From assembly GCA_038235745.1 (NCBI GenBank), contig JBBSTQ010000001.1, forward strand, positions 5,308-69,307: 64,000 nt of DNA, given 5' to 3'. Shown piece by piece: positions 1-10,100 of the stretch. Under the pieces are notes generated by a model. It ran no database searches and was not told the origin of the DNA. It saw nothing but the letters and a program-made list of their open reading frames with translations. Positions within the stretch are counted from its first letter, which is position 1; each line of letters starts with the position of its first letter. Source of the stretch: Sphingobacteriales bacterium (GTDB lineage: Bacteria > Bacteroidota > Bacteroidia > Sphingobacteriales > Sphingobacteriaceae). A program made the translations under genes and the position numbers.

Positions 1-233
1 GTCATTTTTTTGCTAAGGAAAGAAACGCTGTCTTGTGCATACCAAATGTTGGAGCCTGTACCGGTTATCAGATAAGTCTGTGAGGGCTCGCTATAACTTG
101 CAGAACCTTTCAATTTCGGTTTACCGATGTCTAAAAAGGAATCGAAGGAGCCAATTTTGGCCTTGGGTATTTGGGCTTTAGTTTGCGCAAAAATGGCGAC
201 AAATAGTGTAATAAATAAAAATTTTGACTTCAT
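1..233 (-). CDS. 5' part of a secreted protein with the N-terminal beta-sandwich domain of Bacteroidota 'TolB-family/biopolymer transporter'-annotated proteins; runs off the window edge
   Basis: Not in the ORF track. Hand translation from ATG at 233 gives MKSKFLFITLFVAIFAQTKAQIPKAKIGSFDSFLDIGKPKLKGSASYSEPSQTYLITGTGSNIWYAQDSVSFLSKKMT, with no stop. It has a signal peptide ending TKA-Q, starts 4 nt after the AKR stop, and aligns with 18450..19280 (IG.FD...D.G, G.NIWY..D...FL.KKM). Confidence 0.8.
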   Translation of the reverse strand, partial: MKSKFLFITLFVAIFAQTKAQIPKAKIGSFDSFLDIGKPKLKGSASYSEPSQTYLITGTGSNIWYAQDSVSFLSKKM

Positions 234-237
234 ATTA

Positions 238-1233
238 TTAGGATAAAATTTGGTTTATCTGGTTTAGTTCATCATCAGAAAAACTGCAATTTTCTAAGCA
301 TTTTATAGAATCTAACACTTGGGCTGCTTTACTCGCTCCTAATAGAACAGAAGTAATTCTAGGGTCTTTCAAAATCCATGAAAGTGCCATTTGGGCTAAG
401 TTCTGTCCTCTTTTTTGGGCGATAACATTCAGTTTCTTGATCTTTTCAATTGTGGCGTCATTTAGCTGTTCTTCCTCAATAGCTCCGTTTCCACGATGGC
501 TTGCGGCCCTGGAATCTTCAGGAATTCCGTGTAGGTATTTGTTGGTGAGTAACCCTTGCGCAAGAGGAGAGAAAGGGATACATCCTACACCGTTTTCTTC
601 TAAAACATCCAACAATCCATCTTCTACCCAACGATCAAACATGGAGTATTTGGGTTGATGAATAAGACAGGGCGTACCTAACTCTTTTAAGATTTTAAAA
701 GCTTGGGCAGCTTCAGCGGGCTCGTAACTAGAGATGCCAATATAAAGTGCTTTACCTTGGCGAACCATTAAATCTAAGGTGCCCATGGTTTCTTCTAATG
801 GAGTTTCGGGATCTGGACGGTGGTGATAAAAAATGTCCACATAATCTAATCCCATCCGTTTTAAACTTTGGTCTAAACTGGCGGTCAGGTATTTTTTTGA
901 ACCCCAATCGCCGTAAGGGCCAGGCCACATTCCCCAGCCTGCTTTTGTAGAAATAATCAGTTCATCACGGTAAGGAAGGAAATCTTGTTTTAAAATTTTC
1001 CCGAAATTGCTTTCCGCAGAACCGGCCGGAGGCCCGTAATTATTGGCCAGATCAAAATGAGTAATGCCATTGTCAAAAGCGGTATGTAAAATATCACACG
1101 AAGTTTCGTAATTGTCTATATCGCCGAAGTTGTGCCACAAACCCATAGATAACGCCGGCAACATTAATCCGCTTTTGCCGCAACGGTTGTAAGCCATTTT
1201 ATTGTATCTGTCTTCTGATGGATGATAAGTCAT
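238..1233 (-). CDS. gpr: Aldo/keto reductase, L-glyceraldehyde-3-phosphate reductase (Gpr/YghZ/MgrA) type
   Basis: Motifs GLWHNFG, GITHFDLANNYGPPAGSAE, RDELIISTKAG, SLDQSLKRMGLDYVDIFYHHRPDP, GKALYIGIS. Confidence 0.9.
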   Translation of the reverse strand: MTYHPSEDRYNKMAYNRCGKSGLMLPALSMGLWHNFGDIDNYETSCDILHTAFDNGITHFDLANNYGPPAGSAESNFGKILKQDFLPYRDELIISTKAGWGMWPGPYGDWGSKKYLTASLDQSLKRMGLDYVDIFYHHRPDPETPLEETMGTLDLMVRQGKALYIGISSYEPAEAAQAFKILKELGTPCLIHQPKYSMFDRWVEDGLLDVLEENGVGCIPFSPLAQGLLTNKYLHGIPEDSRAASHRGNGAIEEEQLNDATIEKIKKLNVIAQKRGQNLAQMALSWILKDPRITSVLLGASKAAQVLDSIKCLENCSFSDDELNQINQILS

Positions 1234-1256
1234 TTGCTTATGTGTTTTAAAACGTA

Positions 1257-2045
1257 TTATTTTTTACCAGTTGCTGCCCAGTAAACTCCGGCATAAACAT
1301 GGTTTAAAAAAGCATCATTGCTGTAGTCTGTGGGCTGATGACCTAATGCAGTATAAAAAGATCTTCCGCCATCGTATTCATGGTACCAAGCTATCGGATG
1401 GAAATTGCCCATACCCATGCCTTTCAACTTCCTATCCGCCCATTCAGCATTGGGATTATAGGTTGCTTCATCTACCTCAAGGATATAATTAAGTCCTTTT
1501 GTGGTTTCTGGCCCAAACTCGTACCATTCGTCTGTCCATAATTGGCCGTCTGCAAAACCTTCTAAACCTGTGAATTTGTTATTGGTCAGCCTTAATTTTG
1601 CGGTTTGAATTACGGGATGGATGTGAAACATTCTGCCGACCAATTTGGTGTACCAAGGCCAATCATATTCTGTGTCTGATGCGCTGTGGATACCAACATA
1701 TCCTTTGCCTGATTGGATGAATTTTTCGATTGCTTTTTGTTCATCATCATTAAAAATGTCTCCAGTGGTATTCAGGAATATGATTACTTGAAAGTTCTGC
1801 AGGTATTTTTCTGTAATTGGTACACCGTCCTGGTTCCAGGCGACGTTAAAGAAGTTTTTTTCTCCTAGTCCCTTAATTGCGGTAACGCTCTCATTGATAG
1901 ATTCGTGGTGCCAGCCAGCCGTTTTGGTAATTAATAAAGCGTTGAATTGCTTTTTGGCTTGCGCCCATGACTGCGTACTTAGAAAGCAAACTACCAATAT
2001 AAGCGAGCAACTGAATTTGTTTAATTTCATTTTTCTATAATTCAT
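1257..2045 (-). CDS. ThuA-domain (class I GAT-like) secreted protein
   Basis: Motifs KTAGWHHESI, FLNTTGD, GYVGIHSASDTEYDWPWY, DEWY, HPIAWYHEYDGGRSFYTALGH; signal peptide ending SWA-Q. Confidence 0.85.
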   Translation of the reverse strand: MNYRKMKLNKFSCSLILVVCFLSTQSWAQAKKQFNALLITKTAGWHHESINESVTAIKGLGEKNFFNVAWNQDGVPITEKYLQNFQVIIFLNTTGDIFNDDEQKAIEKFIQSGKGYVGIHSASDTEYDWPWYTKLVGRMFHIHPVIQTAKLRLTNNKFTGLEGFADGQLWTDEWYEFGPETTKGLNYILEVDEATYNPNAEWADRKLKGMGMGNFHPIAWYHEYDGGRSFYTALGHQPTDYSNDAFLNHVYAGVYWAATGKK

Positions 2046-2050
2046 CCTGC

Positions 2051-4309
2051 TTAGTTTGCACTATAAACCAATTTCTTTATCTGATTTCCGATGGTGATGT
2101 TAAAATCTCCAGACTCGGTTGTCCATTTTAAATCTTTACCTACAAAAGCCAAATCTTTAGCTGATAATTTAAAAGTAACCTCTTTTGATTGTCCCGATTC
2201 TAAATATATTTTAGTGAAATCTCTCAATCTTTTTACTGATGGAGTTATAGAGGCAATTAAATCTGAACTGTACATTTCAACAGTTTCTTGACCAGCGATT
2301 TCACCAGAGTTGGTAATGGTTACTTTAACATCAATTGTTCCATTTCCTTTTAATGTAGCTGATGAAAAAGTAATTGGGCCGTAATCAAAAGTGGTATAAC
2401 TTAAGCCAAAACCAAAAGTAAATTGGGGGTTAAATTCCTCCGAATAAATTTGAGGGCTAGCACTTTCAAATACTTCATCTAAATATTTATGATCGTAAGT
2501 AACCAAAGAATTTGGGTTTTTTGGATAGGTAATAGGTAATTTACCAGAAGGATTATAGTCACCAAATAAAACATCGGCGATAGCATTTGCTCCCATTTCG
2601 CCAGGCCAATAAGCTAAAATAACCCCGCTTAACAAGGGCTCAATTTTTCTAATGAGCCTTGGTCTGCCTTCTGTGAATACAGCTATGATTGGCTTATTTA
2701 ACTTACTTAAGGCCTTAACCAAATTCAATTGATTTTCCGGTAATTCTAAATCCTCGATATTTCCCGGAGTTTCGGCATAAGCATCTTCCCCTAAACAAAC
2801 TACAATTTGGTCTGCATCTTTTGCACCGGCAACGGCTAAAGCAATTTCATCCTTCTCTCCTTTAAAATCTGTGCCTAAAGCATAGCTGGTGTTTTTTGCT
2901 TTTTGTTGGATAGCTTGTACAATTGTTAATTGGCTTTTATTAAAAAAGTTGACATTTGTTCCCTGCCAAGAATATGTCCATGCGCCATTTAAAGTGGTTA
3001 AAGATTTTGCACCAGGCCCTGTAATAAATATCTTTTTATCCTTAGCTAGTGGTAAAACATTGTCTTTATTTTTCAATAAAGTCATTGATTCTCTTGCGGC
3101 ATTTAAGGCAGCGGTTTTGTATGCTGGGTGGGCAAAATTCTTTATCGCTTCCTGCTCAACATAAGGATGGTCAAACAATCCCACATCTTCTTTTAACTGT
3201 AAAACCCTTCTTACTGATTCGTTGATCCTTGCTATAGGAATTCTTTTTTCCTGAACTAGCTCAATCAGGTATTTGCTAAAATCCAAGTCCATTGGCACAA
3301 TGCACAAATCAATTCCGGCGTCAACAGATTGAAAAACTGCTTCCTTATAAGAAACTGCAGTGCGGTGTCTTTCGGTCAGTTTTTTTACATCTTCCCAATC
3401 AGAAATTACCACACCTTTAAAACCTAATTCTTTCCTTAAAACATCCGTCAATAAATATTTATTGGAATGTACAGGGATGCCGTTAACCTCGGCAGAGTTT
3501 ACCATCACAGTACGAGTTCCAGCTTTTACCGCTGCAGCGAATGCTGGTAAAAAGAATTCTCTTAAAGTAATATCAGGAATCAAAGCTGAAGACCTGTCCT
3601 TACCAGAAGTTGGGAAAGAATAACCGATAAAGTGTTTCATGCAGGCGGCAACAGAATTGATGCTTTTTAAATCTGTTCCTTCATAACCTTCAATTTCGGC
3701 CAATCCCATTTTGGTAACCAAATTAATATCTTCGCCAAAAGTTTCTGCCAAACGCGGCCAAAGTACTTGCCTGCCGGCATCTAAAACTGGAGAAAAATTA
3801 TATCTGATCCCGGTTGCCCGCACTTCTTTGGCAGTAATTTGCGCTGCTAATTTCGCTAAGTCGGTATTTCTGGTAGCGGCTAAGCCTAAGTTGTGAGGAA
3901 AGATGGTTGAACCTAAAGTGTAATCTGCACCGTGTACGGCATCAATTGCATAAAGTAAAGGGATTTTTAGCCTAGACTCTTTCATGTTGATGGTCTGGAT
4001 TTCGTCTAACATATTATGCCAGTTCTGTAAAGAATAAGCATGACCAATTACGTTTTGGAAAGAACCTACTTTATGGCTCAGCATTATGTTGCGCAACTTA
4101 TCCTTATCAATAACCAGAGAATCGCCCACCTCAGTAGCTACCATTCCAATAGTAATATTGGTCATTTGACCAACTTTTTCTTCCAAAGTCATTTTTGAAA
4201 TGAGCGTTTCAATTTTATTGGCTGTTTGCGCCTTACTGCTAATTTGTTGTAATAAAATTAAGCCCAGTAAAAGGCATAGGGGTTTCGCTTTTTTGAAAGA
4301 TGCAATCAT
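2051..4309 (-). CDS. GH3 beta-glucosidase
   Basis: MTLEEKVGQM, DAVHG, FGED, CMKHF, VISDW nucleophile motif, YNPSGKLP, C-terminal Fn3-like domain. Confidence 0.92.
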   Translation of the reverse strand: MIASFKKAKPLCLLLGLILLQQISSKAQTANKIETLISKMTLEEKVGQMTNITIGMVATEVGDSLVIDKDKLRNIMLSHKVGSFQNVIGHAYSLQNWHNMLDEIQTINMKESRLKIPLLYAIDAVHGADYTLGSTIFPHNLGLAATRNTDLAKLAAQITAKEVRATGIRYNFSPVLDAGRQVLWPRLAETFGEDINLVTKMGLAEIEGYEGTDLKSINSVAACMKHFIGYSFPTSGKDRSSALIPDITLREFFLPAFAAAVKAGTRTVMVNSAEVNGIPVHSNKYLLTDVLRKELGFKGVVISDWEDVKKLTERHRTAVSYKEAVFQSVDAGIDLCIVPMDLDFSKYLIELVQEKRIPIARINESVRRVLQLKEDVGLFDHPYVEQEAIKNFAHPAYKTAALNAARESMTLLKNKDNVLPLAKDKKIFITGPGAKSLTTLNGAWTYSWQGTNVNFFNKSQLTIVQAIQQKAKNTSYALGTDFKGEKDEIALAVAGAKDADQIVVCLGEDAYAETPGNIEDLELPENQLNLVKALSKLNKPIIAVFTEGRPRLIRKIEPLLSGVILAYWPGEMGANAIADVLFGDYNPSGKLPITYPKNPNSLVTYDHKYLDEVFESASPQIYSEEFNPQFTFGFGLSYTTFDYGPITFSSATLKGNGTIDVKVTITNSGEIAGQETVEMYSSDLIASITPSVKRLRDFTKIYLESGQSKEVTFKLSAKDLAFVGKDLKWTTESGDFNITIGNQIKKLVYSAN

Positions 4310-4343
4310 ACTTGTGTTTTTTTAATTTGTGTTTTTGGTATTA

Positions 4344-6629
4344 TTAATCAACCAATTCAAATTTTATTTTTTGATCATTTATCGTCACATAAAAATCTCC
4401 ACTTTCTAAACGCCGTACGCCATTTGCATCCGGAAAGCTTAAATCTCTCATTGGGTCAATCTCAAACTTAAATGTTCTTTTTTCTCCGGCTTTTAGGTTT
4501 TCTTTCTCAAAAAACTTCAATTCTTTTACCGGACGAGTGATGGAAGCAACAGGATCAGTGATGAACCATAATGCAGTTTCTTTACCGTCCATTTTACCGG
4601 TGTTTGTGATTTCCACCTCAGCTGTTATTTTCTGGTCTTTTTTAATCGCAGTAGCAGACAAAGAAACCTTGCCATAAGTAAAGTCCGTGTAACTTAAACC
4701 ATACCCAAACCAATACATTGGAGCAGTTGAAATGTCCTGATAGCCACCCAATTTGGGGCGGGCAGATTCCCTCATGTTGTAGTAAGTTGGGATTTGCCCG
4801 GTAGCTAGCGGAAAAGTAATGGCCAATTTCCCTGATGGATTCAATCTTCCGGATATTAAGCCGGCAACAGCACTTCCGCCAGCAATTCCGGGTTGCCATA
4901 TTGCCAACATTGCATCGGCTGATTTGTCTAACCTGGCCAGTTCAATGGGTCTTCCGCTAGATAAAATTAAGATTACCGGTTTGCCAGTTTTTTTTAGTTC
5001 TGCAACCAATTTTTCTTGAATGGCGGGCAGGGCAATGGTGGATCGTGTTGCGTTTTCCCCACTCCATTTTTTCATTTCTCCAATACAAACCAAAATCACA
5101 TCAGATTTCTCTGCCACAGCTATTGCTTCGGCAAAGCCACTTTCGTCGTTTGCTTCAAAACCACAGCCCTTGGCGTAATTAAGCACTGCTTTATTTTTAA
5201 ATTCTTTTTGGAAGCCAGCCATTAAAGTTTCTACCGCAGACGCTACGCCTTGCCCTTCCCATGAACCCATTAAATTGATGCTATCTTTAACCATTGGTCC
5301 AATAAGCGCAATTTGTTTAACGATTTTAGACAAGGGCAAGGTGTTACGATCGTTTTTCAATAAAACCATTGATTCTTCTGCAAGTTTTGCTGCAACAGCC
5401 ATACTTTGTGGTTGGTAATAACGGTCTTTTTCGGGTAGCTCTTCTACGTATGGTTTATCAAACAACCCTAATCTAAATTTAAGTCGTAAAATTCTTCGAA
5501 CGGCTTCATCTATTTGCGCCATAGATACTTTGCTTTCTTTTACCAATTCCGGAAGATTTTCTACATAAAGATTATCCACCATATCCATTTCCACACCAGC
5601 TGTAAACGACTTTAGTGTAGCTTCTTTTTTGTCTTTGGCAAAACCTTGCGGAATTAAGTTTTCCACAGATCCCCAATCAGAAACCACAAAACCATCGTGT
5701 TTCCACCGATTTTTTAACACTTCCGTCAAGGTATAATGATTTGAAGATGCGGGGATGCCACTAATATCATTAAAAGCACTCATTACAGTTGCTGCTCCAG
5801 CTTTTACACCGGCCTCAAACGGTGGCATAAATGTTTCCCACATGGTTTGTGCAGAAACATCAGCATAGCGATAATCTCTGCCACCTTCTGATAAGCTGTA
5901 ACCTATGTAATGTTTTAAACAAGCGGCTATTGAATACGGATCTGAGAGGTTTTTCCCTTGATATCCTTTGATAGAAGCTACACCAAAAACAGAATTTGTA
6001 TAGGGATCTTCGCCATAACCTTCTGCCACTCTTCCCCATCGGGCATCACGGGCAACATCAACCATTGGCGAAAAAGTCCAATCCACACCTGATAGTTTAG
6101 ATTCTTTTGCGGCAACTGCCGCAGCTTGCCCCACCAATGATAAATTCCATGAGCAAGCTTGAGCCAACGGAATAGGATAAACAGTGCGGTAGCCGTGTAT
6201 CACATCAAAACCCATTAAAATTGGAATGCCCAATCGTGATTCTGTCATCGCTTTGCGCATAATATCATTACGAAAAGCAGGATTTATACTTCTGTAGATC
6301 AATGAACCAATTTCCGGACGTACCGCTTTCTTGCTGGCTTCAATATTGTTTTCGTTAGCGTTTTTTCCGTAAGTCCACTGGTTGGTCTGTAGTATTTTTT
6401 CTTCTAAGGTCATCCTTTTGAGCAGATCCTCAATTCTATCTTCTATTTTGGACTTAGCATCTTTATAGACGATGCCTTTTTGGCTTTTTGATGATTGCGC
6501 TTTTAAAGTAGCGTTGCCTAGCGATATAAATAAAAACAGCAGTAGGCAATTTTTGAAATGGAACTGCGCTCTTGTAATTGGAGCTTTGATAGGAAATCTT
6601 TTTTTGAAACCTATAAATGTTATTCTCAT
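4344..6629 (-). CDS. GH3 beta-glucosidase (BglX-like)
   Basis: DVIHGYRT, DARWGRVAEGYGEDP, CLKHY, VVSDWG, NPSGKL, GQIPTYYN. Confidence 0.92.
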   Translation of the reverse strand: MRITFIGFKKRFPIKAPITRAQFHFKNCLLLFLFISLGNATLKAQSSKSQKGIVYKDAKSKIEDRIEDLLKRMTLEEKILQTNQWTYGKNANENNIEASKKAVRPEIGSLIYRSINPAFRNDIMRKAMTESRLGIPILMGFDVIHGYRTVYPIPLAQACSWNLSLVGQAAAVAAKESKLSGVDWTFSPMVDVARDARWGRVAEGYGEDPYTNSVFGVASIKGYQGKNLSDPYSIAACLKHYIGYSLSEGGRDYRYADVSAQTMWETFMPPFEAGVKAGAATVMSAFNDISGIPASSNHYTLTEVLKNRWKHDGFVVSDWGSVENLIPQGFAKDKKEATLKSFTAGVEMDMVDNLYVENLPELVKESKVSMAQIDEAVRRILRLKFRLGLFDKPYVEELPEKDRYYQPQSMAVAAKLAEESMVLLKNDRNTLPLSKIVKQIALIGPMVKDSINLMGSWEGQGVASAVETLMAGFQKEFKNKAVLNYAKGCGFEANDESGFAEAIAVAEKSDVILVCIGEMKKWSGENATRSTIALPAIQEKLVAELKKTGKPVILILSSGRPIELARLDKSADAMLAIWQPGIAGGSAVAGLISGRLNPSGKLAITFPLATGQIPTYYNMRESARPKLGGYQDISTAPMYWFGYGLSYTDFTYGKVSLSATAIKKDQKITAEVEITNTGKMDGKETALWFITDPVASITRPVKELKFFEKENLKAGEKRTFKFEIDPMRDLSFPDANGVRRLESGDFYVTINDQKIKFELVD

Positions 6630-6716
6630 GAATTTTTAAAATTGGTTAAATGTTAAATAGTTTGTTTCAAGTTTTTGAAGCGCAGAGGCTTCCCTCAAAA
6701 TCTACAACTGGCATTA

Positions 6717-6780
6717 CAAACTTCAAGAAAATCACACATTAAAATAGACGTCAAAACACCTTAAATAGGGGTGCATTTGT
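6717..6780 (-). promoter_or_regulatory. Putative HTCS-activated promoter of the GH3-GH3-ThuA-AKR operon
   Basis: Minus strand: ACAAATGCACCCC (from 6780), a degenerate second half-site TGTTTTGACGTCT 22 bp later, and -7-like GAAGTTTG 34 bp after that. Confidence 0.6.
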
Positions 6781-6875
6781 TCAATATAGGTTCATTGCCA
6801 AAATTTTTGGCATACTAAATCTATTACTTTACGTAATTTGGGGTGTTAAAATATGATTCTATAGGGCTAAAAATT

Positions 6876-6939
6876 ACTTTTGTACCCCTTAAAATGAACA
6901 AATGCCTACCTTTATTTTTAAGATAGTTTCATAGATTTG
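6876..6939 (+). promoter_or_regulatory. Putative HTCS-binding direct repeat plus -7 element upstream of HTCS1
   Basis: ACTTTTGTACCCC (6876), ACAAATGCCTACC (6898), TAGATTTG (6932). Confidence 0.7.
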
Positions 6940-7146
6940 AATTTAATTCAGTTTTTAATTCAAAAATAATAGCTGGGTTGCTAACCAATAGACTTTTTAA
7001 TGGCGTCAATATAATGTTGGACTTTAAAAGTGAATACTTATCGAACACTTATTTTGGAAGAAACTTACAATTTGCTTACTTTAACGAAGCTAACTGTGTT
7101 TTCCAATAAATTTAGAATCTAGAAAATTGACTTTTTTAAAATCATT

Positions 7147-10100
7147 ATGACACGCTTCGGGTTTAAGTTAATCTTACTGATCGCATTTCCGTGTTTTTCT
7201 TTTGGGCAAAACTTAAATTTCAAGCACATTTCTTTTAACGAAGGCTTAGCGCAAAGTCCTATTTCCTGCTTTTTACAAGATCGCGACGGTTTTGTGTGGT
7301 TTGGGAATTTGAAAGGGCTAATAAGATATGACGGATATGAACTCAAAAAATTTTCGGCAGATATTTCTGATAAAACTACCATTAGCAATAGCAGGGTAAA
7401 TGCAATTCTACAAGACAGCAACGGCCAAATTTGGGTAGGTACAGCGAATGGCTTAAATCGTTATAACAGAAAGCTAGAGACGTTTACTCATATAGACATA
7501 CTTGACATAAAAGGACGTAGAAATTACATTTCATCTGTTGTTGAAGACAAACAAAAAAATATTTGGGTAGGTACGTTTGGAGGGTTAAAGAAATTGAACC
7601 TAAAAACACTAAAACTGGAAGATGTTCAGTCAACCACGGCAGCTCCTAATTTTAAATATGATGTAGTGTATTCATTATACGTTGACAAAGAGAATAAAAT
7701 TTGGGTGGGTACTAATAGCGGTTTAAGACTATTTGACCCCACTACCGCAAAAGCTATCCCTTTGCCCTCTTTCTTTTATCAGAACGACAATTTTGTGTAC
7801 AATAAAGTCTTTGTTACCAAGCAAGACCCACAAGGAAACCTTTGGTTTGGGACAGAAACATCTGGTGTTTTCAAAACATCCGTAAACCAAAAAAAAGTTA
7901 CCAATTACGCTTTTAAACTTAATAAAAATTCAATAGCAGGTAATTGGGTAAAAGACATTTTAATTGATGGAAATGAGAAATTATGGTTTGCAACCCGAAA
8001 CGGTATAAGTGTTTTAGACGCCAAAAGTGAAGTCTTTACTAACTATAAACACGATCCGCTAAACTCGAATAGTTTGAGCGATAATACCGTCTGGAGTTTT
8101 TTGAAAGATAAGGATGATTGCATTTGGGTGGGCACCTTTGCTGGCGGAATAAATTTTTATTACAAGGGGAACTCCAATTTTCAGAATATTGGCGAAAGTA
8201 TTGGCAACTCTATCGGCTTAAACCACGTTTTAGTTAATGCCATTACAGAAGACGAAAATGGCGGATTATGGGTAGGAACCTTTGGTGGCGGACTAAATTT
8301 TATTGACCGTGACAAAAGGTTAAGTGAGTATTACGCCATAAGACCTAAAGGGCCTGCATCACCAAGTGTGGGCGTAAAATCTTTAGCAGATGATGGAAAA
8401 GGAAATCTTTGGGTGGGCAGTTTAAATGGATTAGGACTTTTTAACAAAGCAACTAAAACATACACACCATACAATTTTAAATCAGTGGATGGTAGGATGA
8501 TGGAAAATCTCATCATCTGTGTTTTGCCCGATAAAGATGGGGTTTGGGTAGGTACAGACGGTGGGGGGTTGATGTATGTTTTAAACAACGGAGAACGGCC
8601 TTTACAGATGCTTAAGAAAGTTGATAAAAATGTAAAATCTGATGTAAACAGGCTTGCTTTTGATGAACGTAACGATGTTAAAGGGCCGTTTCCGACTTAT
8701 TCAGCTGATGCCGACGAAGGTTTGGTTGAAGGTTTGACGGACAATTTTTTGACGTGTTTACTAAAAGATGGTGATGATTTTTTATGGATAGGGACTCAAA
8801 ATGGATTGAATTATTACGATATCAAAAATAAGAAAGTTTTAAAAACCTATCAAAAAATTGCGGACACGAAATATCAAATTTCTAACGGCAACATTAGCAC
8901 TATGTTTAAAGATTCAAAAAACCGGCTATGGGTTGGTACCGAAGAAGGCGGACTGAATTATTTTGACAGAAGCACCGATAGATTTTACAGCATTACCAAA
9001 AAAGAAGGATTAAAAGACGAGGTTATCCACGCTATTGTTGAGGATAAAAGCGGGAATTTATGGTTGAGTACAGACTTAGGTATTAATAAGCTCAACTTCA
9101 ATAACTTTAGCGTTCCGTTCAACAAAAATGATTTGGTAATTACAGGTTATACTGCAAGCGATGGCTTAGCAAGTAACCAGTTTTCCTCACGAGCCGGTTT
9201 AAGACTAAGGTCTAACGAAATTGCGTTTGGCGGTTTAAATGGTATATCAATATTTTTTCCGGATAGAATAATAAAAAACACTGAACCATCTAAAGTTGTA
9301 ATCACGCAGTTTTTGGTCAACAATAAAACACCAAAAATAGGAGGAGAAGATTCGCCTTTGCTAAAATCTATTACAGAAACAGAAGAAATAGCGTTGGCCT
9401 ATGATCAATCGTCTTTCAGTATCAAATACGCGGCGCTAAATTTCATCAATCCAGACGATAATAGTTACGCTTATAAATTGGACGGTTTACCGCGGGCAGA
9501 TGAATGGCAAAATGTGGGAAAACAACGGGTAGTTAATTTTGCCAACTTACCCCCCGGAAATTATATTTTCAAAGTAAAAGCAGCAAATAAAGATAGAATT
9601 TGGAGCAACCAAGTTCAAAGTTTAATTATCACGGTTCTTCCGCCTTGGTGGGCAACTTGGTGGGCTTATCTAATTTACATTATTTGTATAAGTTCAATAG
9701 CTGTTGTTATCGTTAGATTTTTAAGAAACAGGGCCATGTTAAAACGTGATTTATATCTCGAACACGTTCATAACGAGCGGAGAGAGGAACTTTATCAAAT
9801 GAAGTTAAACTTCTTTACTAATATTTCTCATGAAATAAGAACACCCTTAACGCTGATCTTAGGGCCTTTAGATAAAATTTTGCGAAACCCCAATACCAAG
9901 GATTTTGCCCAGCCCTTAAACCTAATTAAAAATAATGCGGACCGCTTAATGAAATTAGTAACCGAGTTACTAGATTTTAGAAAAGCAGAAGAAGGCCACA
10001 TGAGAATATATTGCAGTCAGCAAGATATAGTGGTTTTTTGTAAGGAAATTTTCGACTCGTTTGCAATTACAGCCACCGATTCAACAATCAACTATAAGCT

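Noticed and set aside
7014-7109. 31-codon ORF in the HTCS1 leader
   Set aside because: No distinctive composition; a length expected by chance in AT-rich DNA
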